Below are positions 1 through 13,874 of a DNA stretch of 64,000 bases, one piece after another (positions within the stretch are counted from its first letter, which is position 1; the number at the start of each line of letters is the position of its first letter). The stretch covers positions 25,296,001-25,360,000 of the forward strand of contig NC_135764.1 of NCBI RefSeq assembly GCF_052425735.1, written 5' to 3'. This DNA comes from Oculina patagonica (Eukaryota). The notes below the pieces were generated by a model, which worked only from the letters and a program-made list of their open reading frames with translations, ran no database searches and was not told the origin of the DNA. The position numbers were made by a program, and so were the translations under genes.

Positions 1-149
1 AAGATGATATAAATTTAATCAATTGCATGGTCACAAAATAATCGGAAGAATTCATTAATTCTAAAATCAAGTCAGGCACTGGTAGCCGGTTGACATTTAA
101 GATGATAGGTTGTATTTTCTTGTAAAAGTTATCTCTTATTGTTGTATAT

Positions 150-1320
150 TTGGAACAATAAAAGAGAAAATGAATTTCATCTTCGGTTTTATTACAATCA
201 CAGACCGGGCAAAGCCTATTATCTCTGGGCGTATTGTTATATCTGCCTTGTTCGATCATTAACTTATGATTACTAATAAGTAATTTAGCTAATGTTCTCC
301 TACCAGAAACTCTCCTAGTTAACTCTAGATAATTGGAGGTAGCATATTCGTTCTTAAAAGATCTGTAAAATTCTAGTTTTTGAGAATGCTGTAGAGTATG
401 CTGCCAATACGAAATATATTTCTGTTTCATTGACTGCAGAAACATTGTCACTTTTGCGGTGTCTACTAAATCAGGATTAAAATTACCAAAATTAAAATAT
501 TCGGATATCTTCATAAGATTAGAGTAAAAACTATTTTTACCAGCGGTGTGATGTTCTAATGAAATTAAAAAAGACTGTCTAACAAAAGAATCCGGTTGCT
601 TTTTCTCAAGTAGTTGAGGATTCTTTGATTAATGGTGATAAGGAGAGGAAATCGACCAAGCTCAGCTCTACATGCAACATTAGAAGCCTTATTACTTACT
701 TCAAGATAGCGTTTACAAAACTGTAGATGTGTTCTTTCAATTTGTGAACCATCCCAGGCCTTAAAATCAGATTTTACATAACCACCCCAAATTTCACTAT
801 TATAGAGCAAAATTGGAGATATCATTGCATCAAAGATTTTACAGGCAAGAGAAGGTTTCAATTTACTAAAATTTGTGTGTCGTCTCAAACTAAAAAGGGC
901 ATGAAGTCCTTTCTCTTTTAGGTGATCAAGTGAGATTTTAAAATTTCCTGTGGAAGATATTTTGGTTCCTAAAGAAGTATAATCTTGTACAACATCAATT
1001 GTTTGATTTCCTATATAAAATACATGTTCAGTAAATTTTTTCGCACGTTTTTGAAAAACCATTATCTTGGTTTTTTGGGAATTTACGCTCAACATCCACG
1101 TGTTGCAGTATGTGTCTAATGTGTTAAGACAGTTTTGCAAACCTGTTTTGGAACGTGATAAAATAATTAAATCGTCGGCATATAGTAGAGCGTTTAATTT
1201 TGTACTGTTTGGTAGAACAAAAGGATCAGACAGAATATTTTCAAATGAGAACGGTAAATCGTTAATATAAAGGTTGAAAAGTAGTGGACTTAAAATGCAA
1301 CCTTGTCGTACACCTCTCGT
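150..1320 (-). mobile_element. 5'-truncated non-LTR retrotransposon (CR1/L2-like) reverse transcriptase C-terminal fragment, frameshifted
   Basis: Minus strand reads GVRQGCILSPLLFNLYIND...LLYADDLII (RT YADD motif), continuing into ORF 565-1140 (…ASNVACRAELGRFPL). The frame breaks near 590. The left boundary is approximate. Confidence 0.85.
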
Positions 1321-1715
1321 AACAACAAAACGTAAATGATCAAACTCATAACGAAATTATTTTCACTCGCAAATGACTGAGGAAAATCCTTAAAGTAATG
1401 TATTGAAATTTCGAGCTTCGCTTTTCAGCTTTTTCTTTTTTTTTTTTTTTTTTTTTGCTCTTGAAAAATTTCGCTCCATCCATCTCAGTGAACTCACTAG
1501 CTGATGGCAGTTAGGTTTTTAATTCATAATTAATTAATTGCCCATAAGTTCATGTGTGACCTTTAGGAAAATACACTTTTCACAATAGCTAGCTCGCGCC
1601 ATTATTCCATCTTTTACAAATTTTTTCTTCAAAATTTTAGATCAAACGCCAATAGATCCTTTTTCCTCAAAAATAGACCGATGGTAATCTAGGTAGCTTG
1701 CATAATAATAAATAT

Positions 1716-2281
1716 ATAGATTTAACCAAGCCATATAGCGGAGCTCCACACAAATTTTGCTGGATCTTAATAATATTAACTCTTATTGAAAATACTGTCA
1801 TTGAAGGTATTAAACGTAACTACTAAAAAAAATCCATAGCCGAAATAAAACGTCAACTCCAATCCGAGAAATTCCGCCAACACAATCCTGTCATAATAAA
1901 GAGTTGAGCCCTAGATCCAATGGAAAACAATCACCTGGTCAACTTTCAAAAAACACATGACCTCGATGAGTTGTATACCTGAGCCCGCAATATGGTCATG
2001 TGATACTAGGCAGCGGATGCCTTGTTGTGACAGCTGCCAATTGACCATAACATGGAAGTCCAATATCAAAAATACAAGCTGAGGTTAACCAGAACGTACG
2101 TAGGGATATGTAGAGATGACATTCTCTTCTCCCCGGTCAGGTTGGCTTGGGACCCCCCTCACCCTCTCACAGAGTCCGTACAGTCGGTCGTACCCTCACG
2201 CGACAACAAAAATTTTTTCGGCCTGATGGTTTTACCACAATTTCTTACCCATGGTGCTACGCGCGCTGGAGCTCCGCTAAT
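1716..2281. repeat. Dispersed repeat bounded by GGAGCTCC motifs (copy 1)
   Basis: Shares its start (TAGATTTAxCCAAGCC..AGCGGAGCTCC), an internal block (GAGCCCGC.ATATGGTCATGTGATAC...AATTGACCAT) and its end (GGAGCTCCGCTAA) with 8150-8622. Confidence 0.65.
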
Positions 2282-2684
2282 ATAAATTAGGGGGCTAATG
2301 CATTTTAAAAGATCTTAAGTACCTTCAGGTCCCCACTCTCTTTTTTAAAAGTCCCCCTCTGGAAGTTTCATTCTTTTTAATAATGCCCCCTCCTTTATTA
2401 GTTTTTGTGCTGTTCCTTTTGTTGTTGTTTAGTATTAGGGCCATGATAGACTAGAGAGTTTATTGTCGGACTTCCAATCAGAACTTTCCAGGGTCGCTCG
2501 TTTCCCAATCGCTGTTCAAGGGGAGCGAAGACCCTGGGTATGAGGTAAATACGATCTGACATGCGCAGCAAACACTAGTTACCAGGCTTTCACACAAAGA
2601 TAATAACTTCAGCCACTGGTGTGTGGAAAAGCATTTCAGTTTAGCAAACATTAAATTTTTTTTCTAATGGTATTGCTACAGTCT

Positions 2685-5600
2685 TCAATTCTTGTTATAA
2701 TCTCGACATTGTTCATCACCGTCTCCGCAAACAGTAATCCATTTGGCGTTCCTTACAGGTTCAGAGTGAAGTCGTTTGGTTTTCTGGTCGAATGCGAGTT
2801 TGGTGGGGAGATACTCAGCTTTCACGACACCATTTCTGAAAGATTGGAAGAATAAAGAAAGTTCTTAAATATAATCTTACTACGACTTTGTGATCAATTG
2901 TAAAAACTGTAGAAAATTGTAAAGCTGATTCTCCATCCTACACCACTTTATCAGTTTATTTAGTTGCCTTTTGAGGACATTTTGTTGCGCATGTGATGAA
3001 GATTATAGTTTTTAGTGTCAGCGTTTTTCTGACACGCTGTGTATATAATCCTGTCTTAGAAAGCAAGCATAGGCTACACAATGACTTAACGTATACCGAA
3101 TTAAAACAAATTCGAAACTAATATTGGGTCAGAGCGGTTTTCAATTGAATGTCGGAAAACCAAAAGCAAAGTAATCACTTTGGCCAATCACAAAATGCGC
3201 AGACAATCCAGTGAAACAATCACAACTCGAAGCAAACACATATAGCCAGAAAGAAGCGCGGGAAAACCTGCGCGAGCGAGTCATGATTGGTTTTGCGTTT
3301 TACTTTTGATTGGTTGAGAAAGTGGCGGGAGCTTTTTTTAACCAATCACTAAGCGCAGTAATGTACAGCCAAGGCAAACGCGAATTATTTTCGACACTAG
3401 CGGTTTAAGTAATATGCACCTTGTAACAATAACTTTCAACATTCGGTTTGATTTCAACTTTTTAAAGTTTTCAAAGGTGAAATATTCGTAAGCTTGAATC
3501 AGAGGAAGATTTGGTTTCTTGCCCATTCTGCCATACACATTCTGAAAGAAACAAACAAAAACAGGAACATGGAGCATTACTATTACAGGCATGCAATGCA
3601 TGCAGAGAACAGCAACAATTTTATTATGCTGTGGAGTAAGAATAAAATTGATTCAAAGAAAACGTCAATGAACACAACAATCTATTTTTTTATATTTATA
3701 CTTTGTTTTTTTAATTTAATACTGCTTCTTAGTTTAGTGATCATTTAGTTTTATTAAGTCTGGTTTTCACTAGCGACGCAAACACAAGCGCAAGGATAAC
3801 AGCTCTTATTTCTCCGTGAAAAAGGCTTCGACTCAAGCAAAAGCACAAGCGCATTGCATTTGGATGCTTGTGCTTGTGCTTGCGGCAAGCACAAGCACAA
3901 GGTCAAAATTTGTCCTTTTGCGTGATCGCGCTTATGTTTGCGCTTGTGCTTGCGTCGCTAGTGAAAACCAGGCTTTAGTGATAATGGCGCAAAGCTGCAA
4001 TTTTAAAACTCAGCACACATATTTATCGAAATGTTAGGAATAATGATTTATTATTTGTAAACACAACCTTACAAGCTGTAAAAAAAAAATAATGGTCGTC
4101 TTTTTCTAAACGTCTTTTTTTATGTTATTTAAAATTCGCAAGGGTTTATTACCGGATCGTTTCCACCCAATGGGCGCATCGGAGGGAACAAGAAATTCCC
4201 CAAACTGTATGCTACAAGTTTGTTATCTTTGGTCATCCAATGAGACTGTAGCACGTGCGGATGTGATCCAATGATAACTTGCACTCCAAGGGACATCAGG
4301 TGTTCTGTTATATGAAGTTGGTAAGGAAGTTGTCCTAGGAGCAGTTCTCTACCCCAGTGCATAAATACTACTATGATGTCCACTTTAGCCTTTACGAGAT
4401 ATAATTTCCATGTTAGCTGCTGGGAAGAGGTTTGAATTGGCGTCTGCAGAGCTTAGTGATTGGTTCAAGACACTTTGGTATCATAATTCTATGCTAGAAT
4501 TACTCTTTTATATTTTACGTTGGCAGAAATCCGTGCTTTGGATTAAATTAGTTTACAGAGCTGTTCTTGACTAAACATGAGATCAAGATAAAATGTGTGG
4601 CTAAGCATCGTAGGGGTAAAAGAACATTAAAAAAGAAACTCGTCACTCGATGGGGGAAAAGGTTAAGGAAGATTAAGTCTGCATTTTAGCCAGGTAACCC
4701 ATCAGGCCGGCATTTATCTCCAGTTTCCTTAAACGTTTGTGACTTGAAGTCAGAAAGCGTCAGAGTTTCCCAGCTGAATTATTGTAGCAATATAGCTGAC
4801 AGTAACGTGACTCGCAACTATTAAACAAATTGAAAATGGCACGCATGTCGAAGTAGTCTGCTGCAAAATGGTAGAAACTTTGTGAGAAGCGAGGATTTAC
4901 TTTCGAATCGTTCTTTCAACCGTTCTAACAAGAGGTGGCCATTTTCTTTTTCTTTTACAAAATAAATCCAACTTAATGCAATGATACATCACAACCGTGT
5001 TACATAGCCAAGGTAAATCGGAGCGCCGGTTACATGATTTTAATGTTAAAGTTGTGTTAAACCTGTTTTAGCTTGTTGACGTCTCTTGTGGCAATGTCAT
5101 CTCGATAAATGGCAGGACCAGAATTATACAACTTTCGCATTGCAGTGCAATTTGGGTAATCAGGTACGTGGTCACAGTAACCAAGAAATCCGATCTTTAT
5201 TCCGTTTCTTTCCATAACAAGTGGCTCCTAAATAAAAACAAAAGAAGTTTAAGGATGTGAGCTTAATTTTGGCGATGGCTATAAGGTGAGCGAATAAGCA
5301 TGTTCTACGAGTTATTTGGCATGTTTAAATTTTTTGGCAGACGTGGGTTTTTATGGTTCGATGCTTAAAATTAACTGGTGAAGGGATTTCAGCTTATATA
5401 TTGCTGATCTGTTTCCTTTACCGCGTGGCCACTAGCTAGCTTCAAGTTAGTACAATAAGGTAATAGAAGTAGCACACTGATAATATATGAACAATGATCG
5501 TTTCTCCAATCCTGACAAACAGCAACTGCATTTTCAAACGCAAATTTTTTGTTTAGGTGTAAAAAAAATAAGAACTGTTCTTCTTTGAAACAAGATAAAA

Positions 5601-8600
5601 AGACAAAAAAGAAATCGTTTTAGAAGTTTACTATACCTGAGAAGAGTTGTACTTTCCATAACTGATACCAAAATATTTTATCCCTTCCTTCTTGAGAATC
5701 TCAACAGTAAAGTTAGCACCCTTGGAACCAAAGTCGTTGAAATGATTGTTGGCTACCGTTACAGCATCGAATCCTGCAAAACTGAGGTAAAACGATCGAA
5801 GAATTGCAACTTAAGTAATGGCGGTTGTGAAAGCTATCATAAAAGTGACGGGTATGCTCGCTAAAAAGTTACTCAAATAATTCTGGAGTGTGGCTCCAAT
5901 TCATTTTTACTTCTAAGAGGTACTAATGTAATATCTTTTTTGATGGGTGATAAGAAACATTGGCTATTGCCACCCCCACCTCCCCCCCCCCCCCCCATGA
6001 GGTTTTTTCGAAATTTTTAAAAGAGCATTCGCCCTACAATAGCCGTGGTTACACTAGCCCTTTTACCCATGGGTAAATAGCGTTTGACCACGGGTAAAGA
6101 CGTTTTTGTGTGTAACCGCTTTCCCCAGACCGAAACTGCCCTAGGGTTATTTCCATGGATACATCAAAAAGAACAAAAGAACTTCACATGACAGTTCCTG
6201 AACTGAAAAGTAAGGTTTATCTGCTCCCCGAGGTGGCTTGGCCAATCACAAAGCAGAACGTAGCAACAACAGGAAATCGCCTACAGGGCTCTGACGTGAC
6301 CTCTGATGCACTTGGCTCGAGCGCCGGTCCAACGAGCTGGCATATATATTCAAAGGTATCGCGAGAAACTCGAAAGTTTTCTTTCCACCAGTGATCCATT
6401 GCATTGTTATTTAGAAGTTGCTGAAACCAATTTTGTGGTCGTGGAAATACCCAAGCTCTTCTTGGCCGGCGAGCACGTTCGCGACGAGCTCGTATAAAAT
6501 GTAAATAAAATGCCGATAAACGTTGAATGTAGCGTAGTTGAAAGCGCCTTCTTCGGTGTCTTCTCGAAAAGAAAAAACTGCTGTACTGTTATATTTATGG
6601 AGGACTGTCGAATAATAAGCAGGAGAATCACTGAAATTAAGCTTCCTAGATCTCGATTTGTGTCATCCATGTTGATCTGCACTTCTCCCGCATATCTAAT
6701 TATATTTTACCCCGAGGGGTGTCTTTTACTGTGTAACCGCATCCCCAAGGGTAACATGAAACCTGAGCTGAACCAGACCCAAGCCGTTTACCCTCGGGAA
6801 GACCCCAAACCCAAGGTGTGTGTAACCACAACTAATGCTAAAACGTTCGGTACCTGTTCATTCATCTCTTGTAGAAATTTTGATATGTCAACCATGTGCA
6901 ACATATCACTGACATATCACGCTGCATAGCAACATAATAATTACAAGTAGGTCTGGCTAAAACCCGTCATTTTTAACATTTTCCTTTTTTTCAGTTTATT
7001 TTTACATTACATAAGCATTTTGGCGTGGCTTTGCATCAATTTTCACTATTTTCCGACTTTCTAAGAAAATGTGGAATCCAAGATACCGGATCCAAGATGG
7101 CGGCTCTTATGTCATCAATTGTCAGCCAACAAAAAATATGTCATCTTGTAAAGTCAGCTTAGGGCTTTCCACTGCGCAGTGCAAAATAATTTCAGTTTGC
7201 CTTAATAGAACGAAAACCCTGGGTAGGGTTCCATCCATCCCCCCCCCCCCCCCCTGGGAGGACTGTAGGAGTTGACTTTGACTGTATTTCCGAAAGTTAA
7301 GCTAAAACACCCTAAGAATAGGATGAGCATCCCTATTAATGTCATATAAAGATCCCCCTCATAGAACTTTTCAGAAAGCTATAACCACAGCAGAATTGAA
7401 TGAAAATTCGACGTAGGCTACAACATGCAAATTTAGATTTTTTACTTGCGTGTAAAGTCAGCGTTGAGCAAGTGGCCCATACCGCCGGAGCTTATCCCGG
7501 TTTCTGTAGCATTTAGCAACATGGAGAGTTTCTACTTCCTCTGGATGGGATGCTAGGCCATCGAAGGTTACCCCTAGCGACCCGGGTCCCTGGCATTAGT
7601 TCGCCAGTACCCTTCATCTTTACAAAGTGCAATTCGGTCGGATGCTCCGACCACTGCAGCGAGACTCATGACGAGCTAGGTCATTAACAAGGTTCATACA
7701 CAAATTATTATTTTAATGTTAACGTATCATAGATGTTTATAAGAGTATTAAAAGAGGAGGTCATTGGCTACAAGGATTTAAAAATTTACTGTTATATATT
7801 TAATGCTCTTTAGACCTGTTCATTACCTCAATGCCGACGCAGCCTTCGGGCTAGAGTCAAGTATTATTAACCTCTTCTCTCCTTTGAACTTGTAGGGATA
7901 CACATCTTTGCTGACAAACGGACACTCCAAATTACCCACTGAAATATCGGCTTCTCTGATGTATGGTGCAACCTCATTGAACGAATCATTATATGTGTGA
8001 TACTTGTGTTCCACGTAATATTTGACCGGGCCAGAAAAAGAAATATCACCCACAAACAGCAAAGTGACATGATCTACAAGGTAAATATGAAAAAATATCG
8101 TTTCAGTTTCGTTTCCAATAATGTTGCATGGGTTATGAAAAAATTAGAAATAGATTTAGCCAAGCCTAAAAGCGGAGCTCCCCGGTTATTTACTTTTTGT
8201 AAATCCGAATTTGCTGACCGTTAACAGAAAAAATCTAGCTTTTGAGACCGCGATCCAATGTAAACCATTACTTGGTCAGCGGTAAACTTCAAAAAACATC
8301 CGACCTCAATGAGTTCTATATGTGAGCCCGCGATATGGTCATGTGATACGGTCAGCGGATACCTTGTTTTGACAGCCGTCAATTGACCATGACTTGGATG
8401 TCCAATATCAAAGATGTAAGCTGACATTAACCATAACCTTAAACCTATTTCTGGAGTATGGCCGCCATGTTGGCGCGACGTCGTCACTAGGCGCACGCGC
8501 CCGCGAACCATGCCGCTAGCACGATGACCATGAAAAACCAAAAGCATGGGTCTGTTAATTTTCTCTGGGTATGGGGCTCTGCTCTGCGGCCCTTCCGGCG

Positions 8601-9522
8601 GGGCCGCTAGGAGCTCCGCTAAAAAGTCGCCATAATCACCAAAATGAAAGTATGTGATACAACAACCGTCGTAAAACAACACACAAAAGTGACTCTAAAG
8701 CTACTGGTCGCGATTGGTTAGAATATTGCAAAGGTAATACGAAGGACCTTTTTCTTTAAAATCAGGAGGTAGCGTTCAGAGAGCAGTTTGGAACTATTGC
8801 GGTAGATTCTTTTCCCAAGAGCTCCTTGCTTTCGCTTCAACTTTTTTCGCCGACTTTTTTTCTGCAGTTTCGAATTTTCATTGATCCCTTTTACTGCCCA
8901 TGGGTCTTCGAGGATGAGGTGAACCAAAGACCTCGATTCCAGGCTCTCGCTCCTTTTCCTACCTTGTGTGGAAATGAAGAGAGAGAGAGTCTGGGATCGA
9001 ATTGTCCCTTGGATATTATTAAGTAATCACATGATTTTTCTCTCGCAATTAGGAATAAATAAGCAGGAATAAATTTTAATTTCAGAAGACTACAAATTGC
9101 ACTCGCCCTATGAGCTCGTGCAATTTATTTAGCCTTTTTACTTGTTTGTTTGTTTATTCCAATTGCACTCGAAATCATGTCATTTGTGATACAAATACCT
9201 AAGGCTATAATAAAGAATCTGAATGCGTACATTTTTCCCCAAACAGTCCAGGATGTACAAGCGAAAGCAAACTTTTAGAAACTCCAAAGAAGTTCACTCA
9301 AATGAACTGATGAACCTGATTGTATCTAATAGGACATCACCAAAAAAATAACGAATTAACTTGATATTTTTAAGGGAACAAAACTTCAAGTTCTTTGTTT
9401 TGTTTTTCAGCGAAGAGATCATAACCAGGTCTTTACAAAACAAATCAACAACGACTCTTACCTTTATTCCCAGTAACTAGGTATGGCGTGATTGACATCA
9501 AGAAATAAATGATCAAATTCAT
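2685..9522 (-). CDS. capA: Secreted CapA/PgsA-like (PGA_cap) metallophosphatase-fold protein, copy A, 7 exons, 375 aa
   Basis: Exons on the minus strand: 9522-9462 (MNLIIYFLMSITPYLVTGNK, signal-peptide-like), 8073-7827, 5781-5637, 5227-5063, 4389-4153, 3541-3420, 2835-2685. All introns are GT-AG with matching phases; total 1128 nt, open. Motifs LLFVGDI, VGNLE, AGFDAVTVANNHFNDFG, HWGxE, IIGSHPHVLQ and YSLGNF are the CapA/PgsA signature. Confidence 0.92.
3131..3398. mobile_element. CCAAT-rich palindromic MITE-like repeat
   Basis: AGAGCGGTTTTCAATTGA..TGTCG start with internal inverted CCAATCA/TGATTGG blocks. Related copies at about 26235-26505, 28770-29043 and 49975-50255. Confidence 0.7.
3757..3976. 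mobile_element. MITE with terminal inverted repeats AAGxCTGGTTTTCACTAGCGACGCA
   Basis: Inverted termini and internal GCACAA repeats; second copy at about 24489-24711. Confidence 0.75.
6041..6833 (-). mobile_element. Internally deleted PIF/Harbinger-type DNA transposon
   Basis: TIRs AGCCGTGGTTACAC / GTGTAACCACAACT with AAT on both flanks (3-bp TSD). Residual ORF WKENFRVSRDTFEYICQLVGPAL resembles the Harbinger transposase N-terminal FRMSRxTF motif. Confidence 0.7.
7468..7610 (-). mobile_element. SINE 3' fragment (same family as 47500-47798)
   Basis: Reverse complement matches CTAGCATCCCATCCAG...GCTAC.GAAACCGGGATAAGCTCCGGC…ATGGGCCACTT of the full copy. Confidence 0.7.
8150..8622. repeat. Dispersed repeat bounded by GGAGCTCC motifs (copy 2)
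   Basis: Homologous to 1716-2281; accounts for the spurious ORF 8221-8682. Confidence 0.65.
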
Positions 9523-9875
9523 AATGAACTCGATAGCGAAAAATTCCGAGGGAAAGGAGCTTTTAGTAATGGGAAAGTGCTATTTAAGGAGCATGGCAGT
9601 ATTAGTCAAGCAAGTGTCATGTTGCGAAAGAAAACGCTCTCTATAAATTACAAAACCACTCGAATATCCAATGACTGTTCTCGAAGTAAGTTAGGAAAGG
9701 GTAGCTTTATATCAGAGAATAATAAAGACAATAAAACCACATACATTGAGACAATGAACCCCTGCGGGGGCGTGGTGTTCACATGGACTGGTCATTGACA
9801 CCGTTAACACTGGAGTCGAATAGTTTATGCGACTTGTGTAAAGACTGGGCGAACAATCCGACGCGCTAAGACCTT

Positions 9876-10620
9876 GGGTGCTTTCCATTAAGCCAAATAT
9901 TTCAGAAATTTTGGTCGGAAGTCAAATGGAAAGGTCCGTTTTGGTTCGGAGTGACCGGATTATTCGGGACTTCCTCTGGAAAGTGGTCCACTTTGACCGG
10001 CCGGACCGAAATTTAGCGTTCCATTTTGACAAACTGATCAGCTATCTTAGGCCCGGTTCAGACGCCGTACTTTTCATGAGCCGAACTCAATTCGAATTTG
10101 GACCGACCCAAATTGACAAAAGTACGCCTCTTGATTCAGACGCCGTACTTTTTGGCCGTTCCGAGGCCGTTCCTAATACAGTTCTAATAAAACCAGTCAA
10201 AGTTGTCAAAATACATTAAAATAATTTATGAATTAGGATCGGCACATGAAAAGTACGGCGTCTGAATCAAAGCCGTTCCAAAGGCGTTCCACAGGCGAAA
10301 TTCTCGGCCAAGCCAGGCGGGAAGAACGGGTGAGCCGTTCAAAATTGAAATAGCCGTTCTAATTTGATTCAGACGCCGATCTTTTCATGTAATTAATTAA
10401 AGGAATTAGGTTCGGCTCATGAAAAGATCGGCGTCTGAACCGGGCCTTAGTTTAGTTTAGTCGCTTCTCGCAGATGTGGGGAACTGGGGAAAGGAATGCA
10501 AAATGGAAAGGGCCATTCCACTCGGTTGGCCTGGATAAATCGGAAAATGTCGTTCCATTTTACAACGTACGGTCAGTTCCTGTTGGTCGACCGGTCGCAC
10601 TTTTAAAATGGAAAGCACCC
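9876..10620. mobile_element. Harbinger-like MITE with a nested second MITE (10050-10446)
   Basis: Outer TIR GGGTGCTTTCCATT / AATGGAAAGCACCC. Inner TIR GGCCCGGTTCAGACGCCG / CGGCGTCTGAACCGGGCC with TTA TSD. Confidence 0.8.
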
Positions 10621-11129
10621 CTCATTTCGACGTTCTAGACTGACGTTCAAGAACGAACAGTTCGTCTTTACTCATTACCCGCCTTGCGTTTGCGCTCGTC
10701 TTTATTATAAAAAGGATCACCATGCAATGATGTAAAGGGAATATTTTATAACTTCATCGATGAATCAACAGCTTAGTGAACTATAAAACGCACAAATTAG
10801 CTGAATGAAACTCTGTTTTTGTACAACAACGCTACGATAAGCTGAAAAATCTTCGCCATTAATGTAATTATGTTTTTCAGGCAAAGTTAAGCGTTTTTAA
10901 TGTTGTCAAAACATTTATAACTTATTCTTAGTTGGCTTTAATATCATCTGTTGTAATCATCAATGACGAATCAGGATGAGGATCGGATACCACTGTTTAT
11001 TTTGATCATTTGTAACAAAAGTTTTTTCAAACGCAAGTCATGAAAAATGTCCATTTCGGTAGTGGTTGTATTCCTGCAAACCTCAATGGTACCAGTTTAA
11101 AGCTAATTCCAGTAAAAACCAGTTTCTTA

Positions 11130-11396
11130 GGCTACGTTTACATGGGACCGGACCGGACCGGTTCAGCTTTTATATATTTACATGGAACCGCGATCCAGGT
11201 GTTTACACGAGAACGTTTTGCATGGAACCGGTCCGGAACGGATCCGTAACTGGACCTGAAAAATAGCAGGTCCAGTTTTGGATCCGTTTCGGACCGGTTC
11301 CAGAATGGTCCCGTGTAAACAGAAGGTTTATCCGGTCCGAAAATCGGATCGGATTCATTTTGATCCGTTTGGAAGCGGTCCCGTGTAAACATAGCC
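11130..11396. mobile_element. Harbinger-like MITE
   Basis: TIR GGCTACGTTTACATGGGACC / GGTCCCGTGTAAACATAGCC, TTA TSD, internal GGA(A/T)CCG repeats. Confidence 0.8.
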
Positions 11397-11773
11397 TTAT
11401 TTAAATCACGTAAACACATTTATCTTATGGATAGCGCATTAGGCTCCGGTTCGAACGGTCTGGTTTCGAGACCGGGCCGGGGTGGTTGTGTTGTGTGTTA
11501 CGAGCAAATTGGCAAAATCCTGCCAAATATGTCAAGAGACTCGTAAATTAGTTTTTAATCGTCGTTCCCCTCGCATTTTAGTTTTTGTAACTACTAAGTT
11601 CGTTTAGCTAATTACTATTTTCAGTAGCTTTTCAGTTGCCTATTTAAGTTAATTTATTTGATGCTGTACATATTTCTATTTCTTTTTCTGGCAAAATAAA
11701 ATGTTTGTTGTTGTTGTTGTTGTTTACTTCTCCTAATATTAAAATTGGCATGGTTTAGATTTTAGTTAATTAA

Positions 11774-13242
11774 GGTGGTTGATCCCTGGGTCCCCAAAAT
11801 TGGCAAGACATAAGGTCGCGCAGGACCCTTGAAATCATTATGTATGTATTTATTTAAAGAGTATGCACGAACTGCGACGACTGAAGCCGACAACAAACGA
11901 AATATTCATGAGAATTTTTTTTCTCAGAGTTCTTTGTACAAGTAATTACACGGTATTGTTCTCAGCCTCGCATCCCGTGCGCTGGAACATAGCGAATTAT
12001 CATAATTAGATTCACAGCTTTAAATAAAGCATACGTTGTTGTAAACATCGACTCGGAAGGTCTTCGGAAGCCTCAAAACCTGCAATTTTGTGTCCAAGTT
12101 TTCCCCGCCGATATAGAATTTCAAGAGTTGATTCGCGAGGAACATAAACTTGGTGTACTCTATTGTGTTCTGGCTAGAGCGAATTTTTAAATTTCTTTCT
12201 CAAAATGAAGATAGCATGTTTCAAAGTTTAGTTTTCACATTTTTACTCTCTTAGAAGCCATTAACTTGTAGCAGTTTTTGAAATCGAAAATTTCGTTCTA
12301 GTGGGAACACAAAAGAAGTTACGACTTATCACTAGGCTATATAATCATTTAATTTGGTGCGCTGTGCTAGCTGAAAACTTGGACACAAAATCGCATTATC
12401 TTCAGTTAAACTTTTAAGGGCTTGTAACATCACAGACAACGGTCATCTCTCAGTAAAAGGACAATCATGATGTAATTCCATCATCCCTGGGTATACTTAT
12501 TAAATTTTAGAGGAATCGATATTCAAAATGTAGTGAATTAAAACTTTACAAGACAGCACTCCAACAAGAAATTTGGCTAATGAATATATTAATGAGCAAG
12601 GGTCCTGCGCGACCATAAGTTCAAAGAATAAGTATATCGTTGCCATGGCAATAGGACTGGATATAAACATGCCTTAAAAATCGGGTTTTGTATATTGGCA
12701 GAAAACGAATTCGTCAGATTTTCGCCATCATTTTTAATATTGTAACAGAGAGATTGTTAGCTATCCTTTGCTGTATAACTGGATTATTTACAATTACCTT
12801 TGTTAACCTTTAGATGTTTTCGATGATCCACTTACTTGTTTCCAGAAGTACCTTTTTGCCAAATTTTATGAAATCTTAAGATTGGTTCCTGCGAAATATG
12901 CGCATTTCCGAGAAAGCCACTAAAGCATTCAATCTCGATATTTTGACCAACTACACATGCGCTGCAGTTTACTGGGTTTTCATAAGGTCCTCACGGAAAC
13001 GACAAAAACCTGCAAAGTTCGTTGCATCTCGGCTTTTTCTGACATAACATTCCAACAAAAGACTAAAACATTCAACACATTGAGTCATTTTAAGAAGAAA
13101 AATACAACATATAGAACAGGCATAGGACAAATAAATCAACGCTCTATCGGCGCCATATTTGATTTTCGTAATACTTGTGTGCGCGCTGCACCGCATCAGG
13201 AATGAAGACTGCAGAGAGCGCGCAAAAACTTGCTCAGCCACC
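11774..13242. mobile_element. Kolobok-like non-autonomous element with nested element at 11814-12614
   Basis: Outer: TTAA|GGTGGTTGA ... TCAGCCACC; the right flank is not TTAA. Inner: GGTCGCGCAGGACCCTTG / CAAGGGTCCTGCGCGACC, flanked by ATAA on both sides. Confidence 0.65.
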
Positions 13243-13315
13243 TACCTATATATAGAAAACCACAATTTGGATCGCAGAAATTCAATTCTTATTAAACAAA
13301 TAAAATGATTCTCAC

Positions 13316-13373
13316 CTTTATTCGCAGAAATTACGAACGACATGGACATCACGAAATGTAGGATCAAATTCAT
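13316..13373 (-). CDS. Extra CapA signal-peptide exon 1 (alternative first exon of copy A, or orphan)
   Basis: ATG...MNLILHFVMSMSFVISANK-G|GTGAG; 58 nt, phase 1, homologous to exon 1 at 9462-9522 and 14691-14748. Confidence 0.6.
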
Positions 13374-13874
13374 AACGGAATGATCGCTGTCAAGTGGCTA
13401 AAAAAATACTCTTTATAAAATCATACGCGTTTCTTTCAACTGACAGCCTTCACCCCTCGGATTTTAGTTTCACATTTTTTCGTGTCAGTTAAGTCTGTTG
13501 TCAGCCAAAGAAAAAGACGTTAGGTAATTCCATTGCATTGACAGTAGGCGATAAGAGATTAATTCATAATTGATCAGCTTTAATTTATTCTAGTTCCTTT
13601 AAAGGCTGATATTTATTTTATCGAAAATACACGCAAAACATAGAGCGATCTTATATCGTTGGTGTGTTAAACACTAAAGACGAATATAAAGTTAAAAAGT
13701 TAAAATTAAAGTGCCAGTGCAGTGAAAAGATAAATGTATTTTTACTAGCTCAAATTTCATGACCAGAAAAATTGCAGGTTACGGTTCGATCATATATTGG
13801 AACGGTTTGAATGTGGAACTGGTTTCCAGGGTCTCTCTGTCTTCAACATGAACTTTGTCTTCTCAATTCTTCAG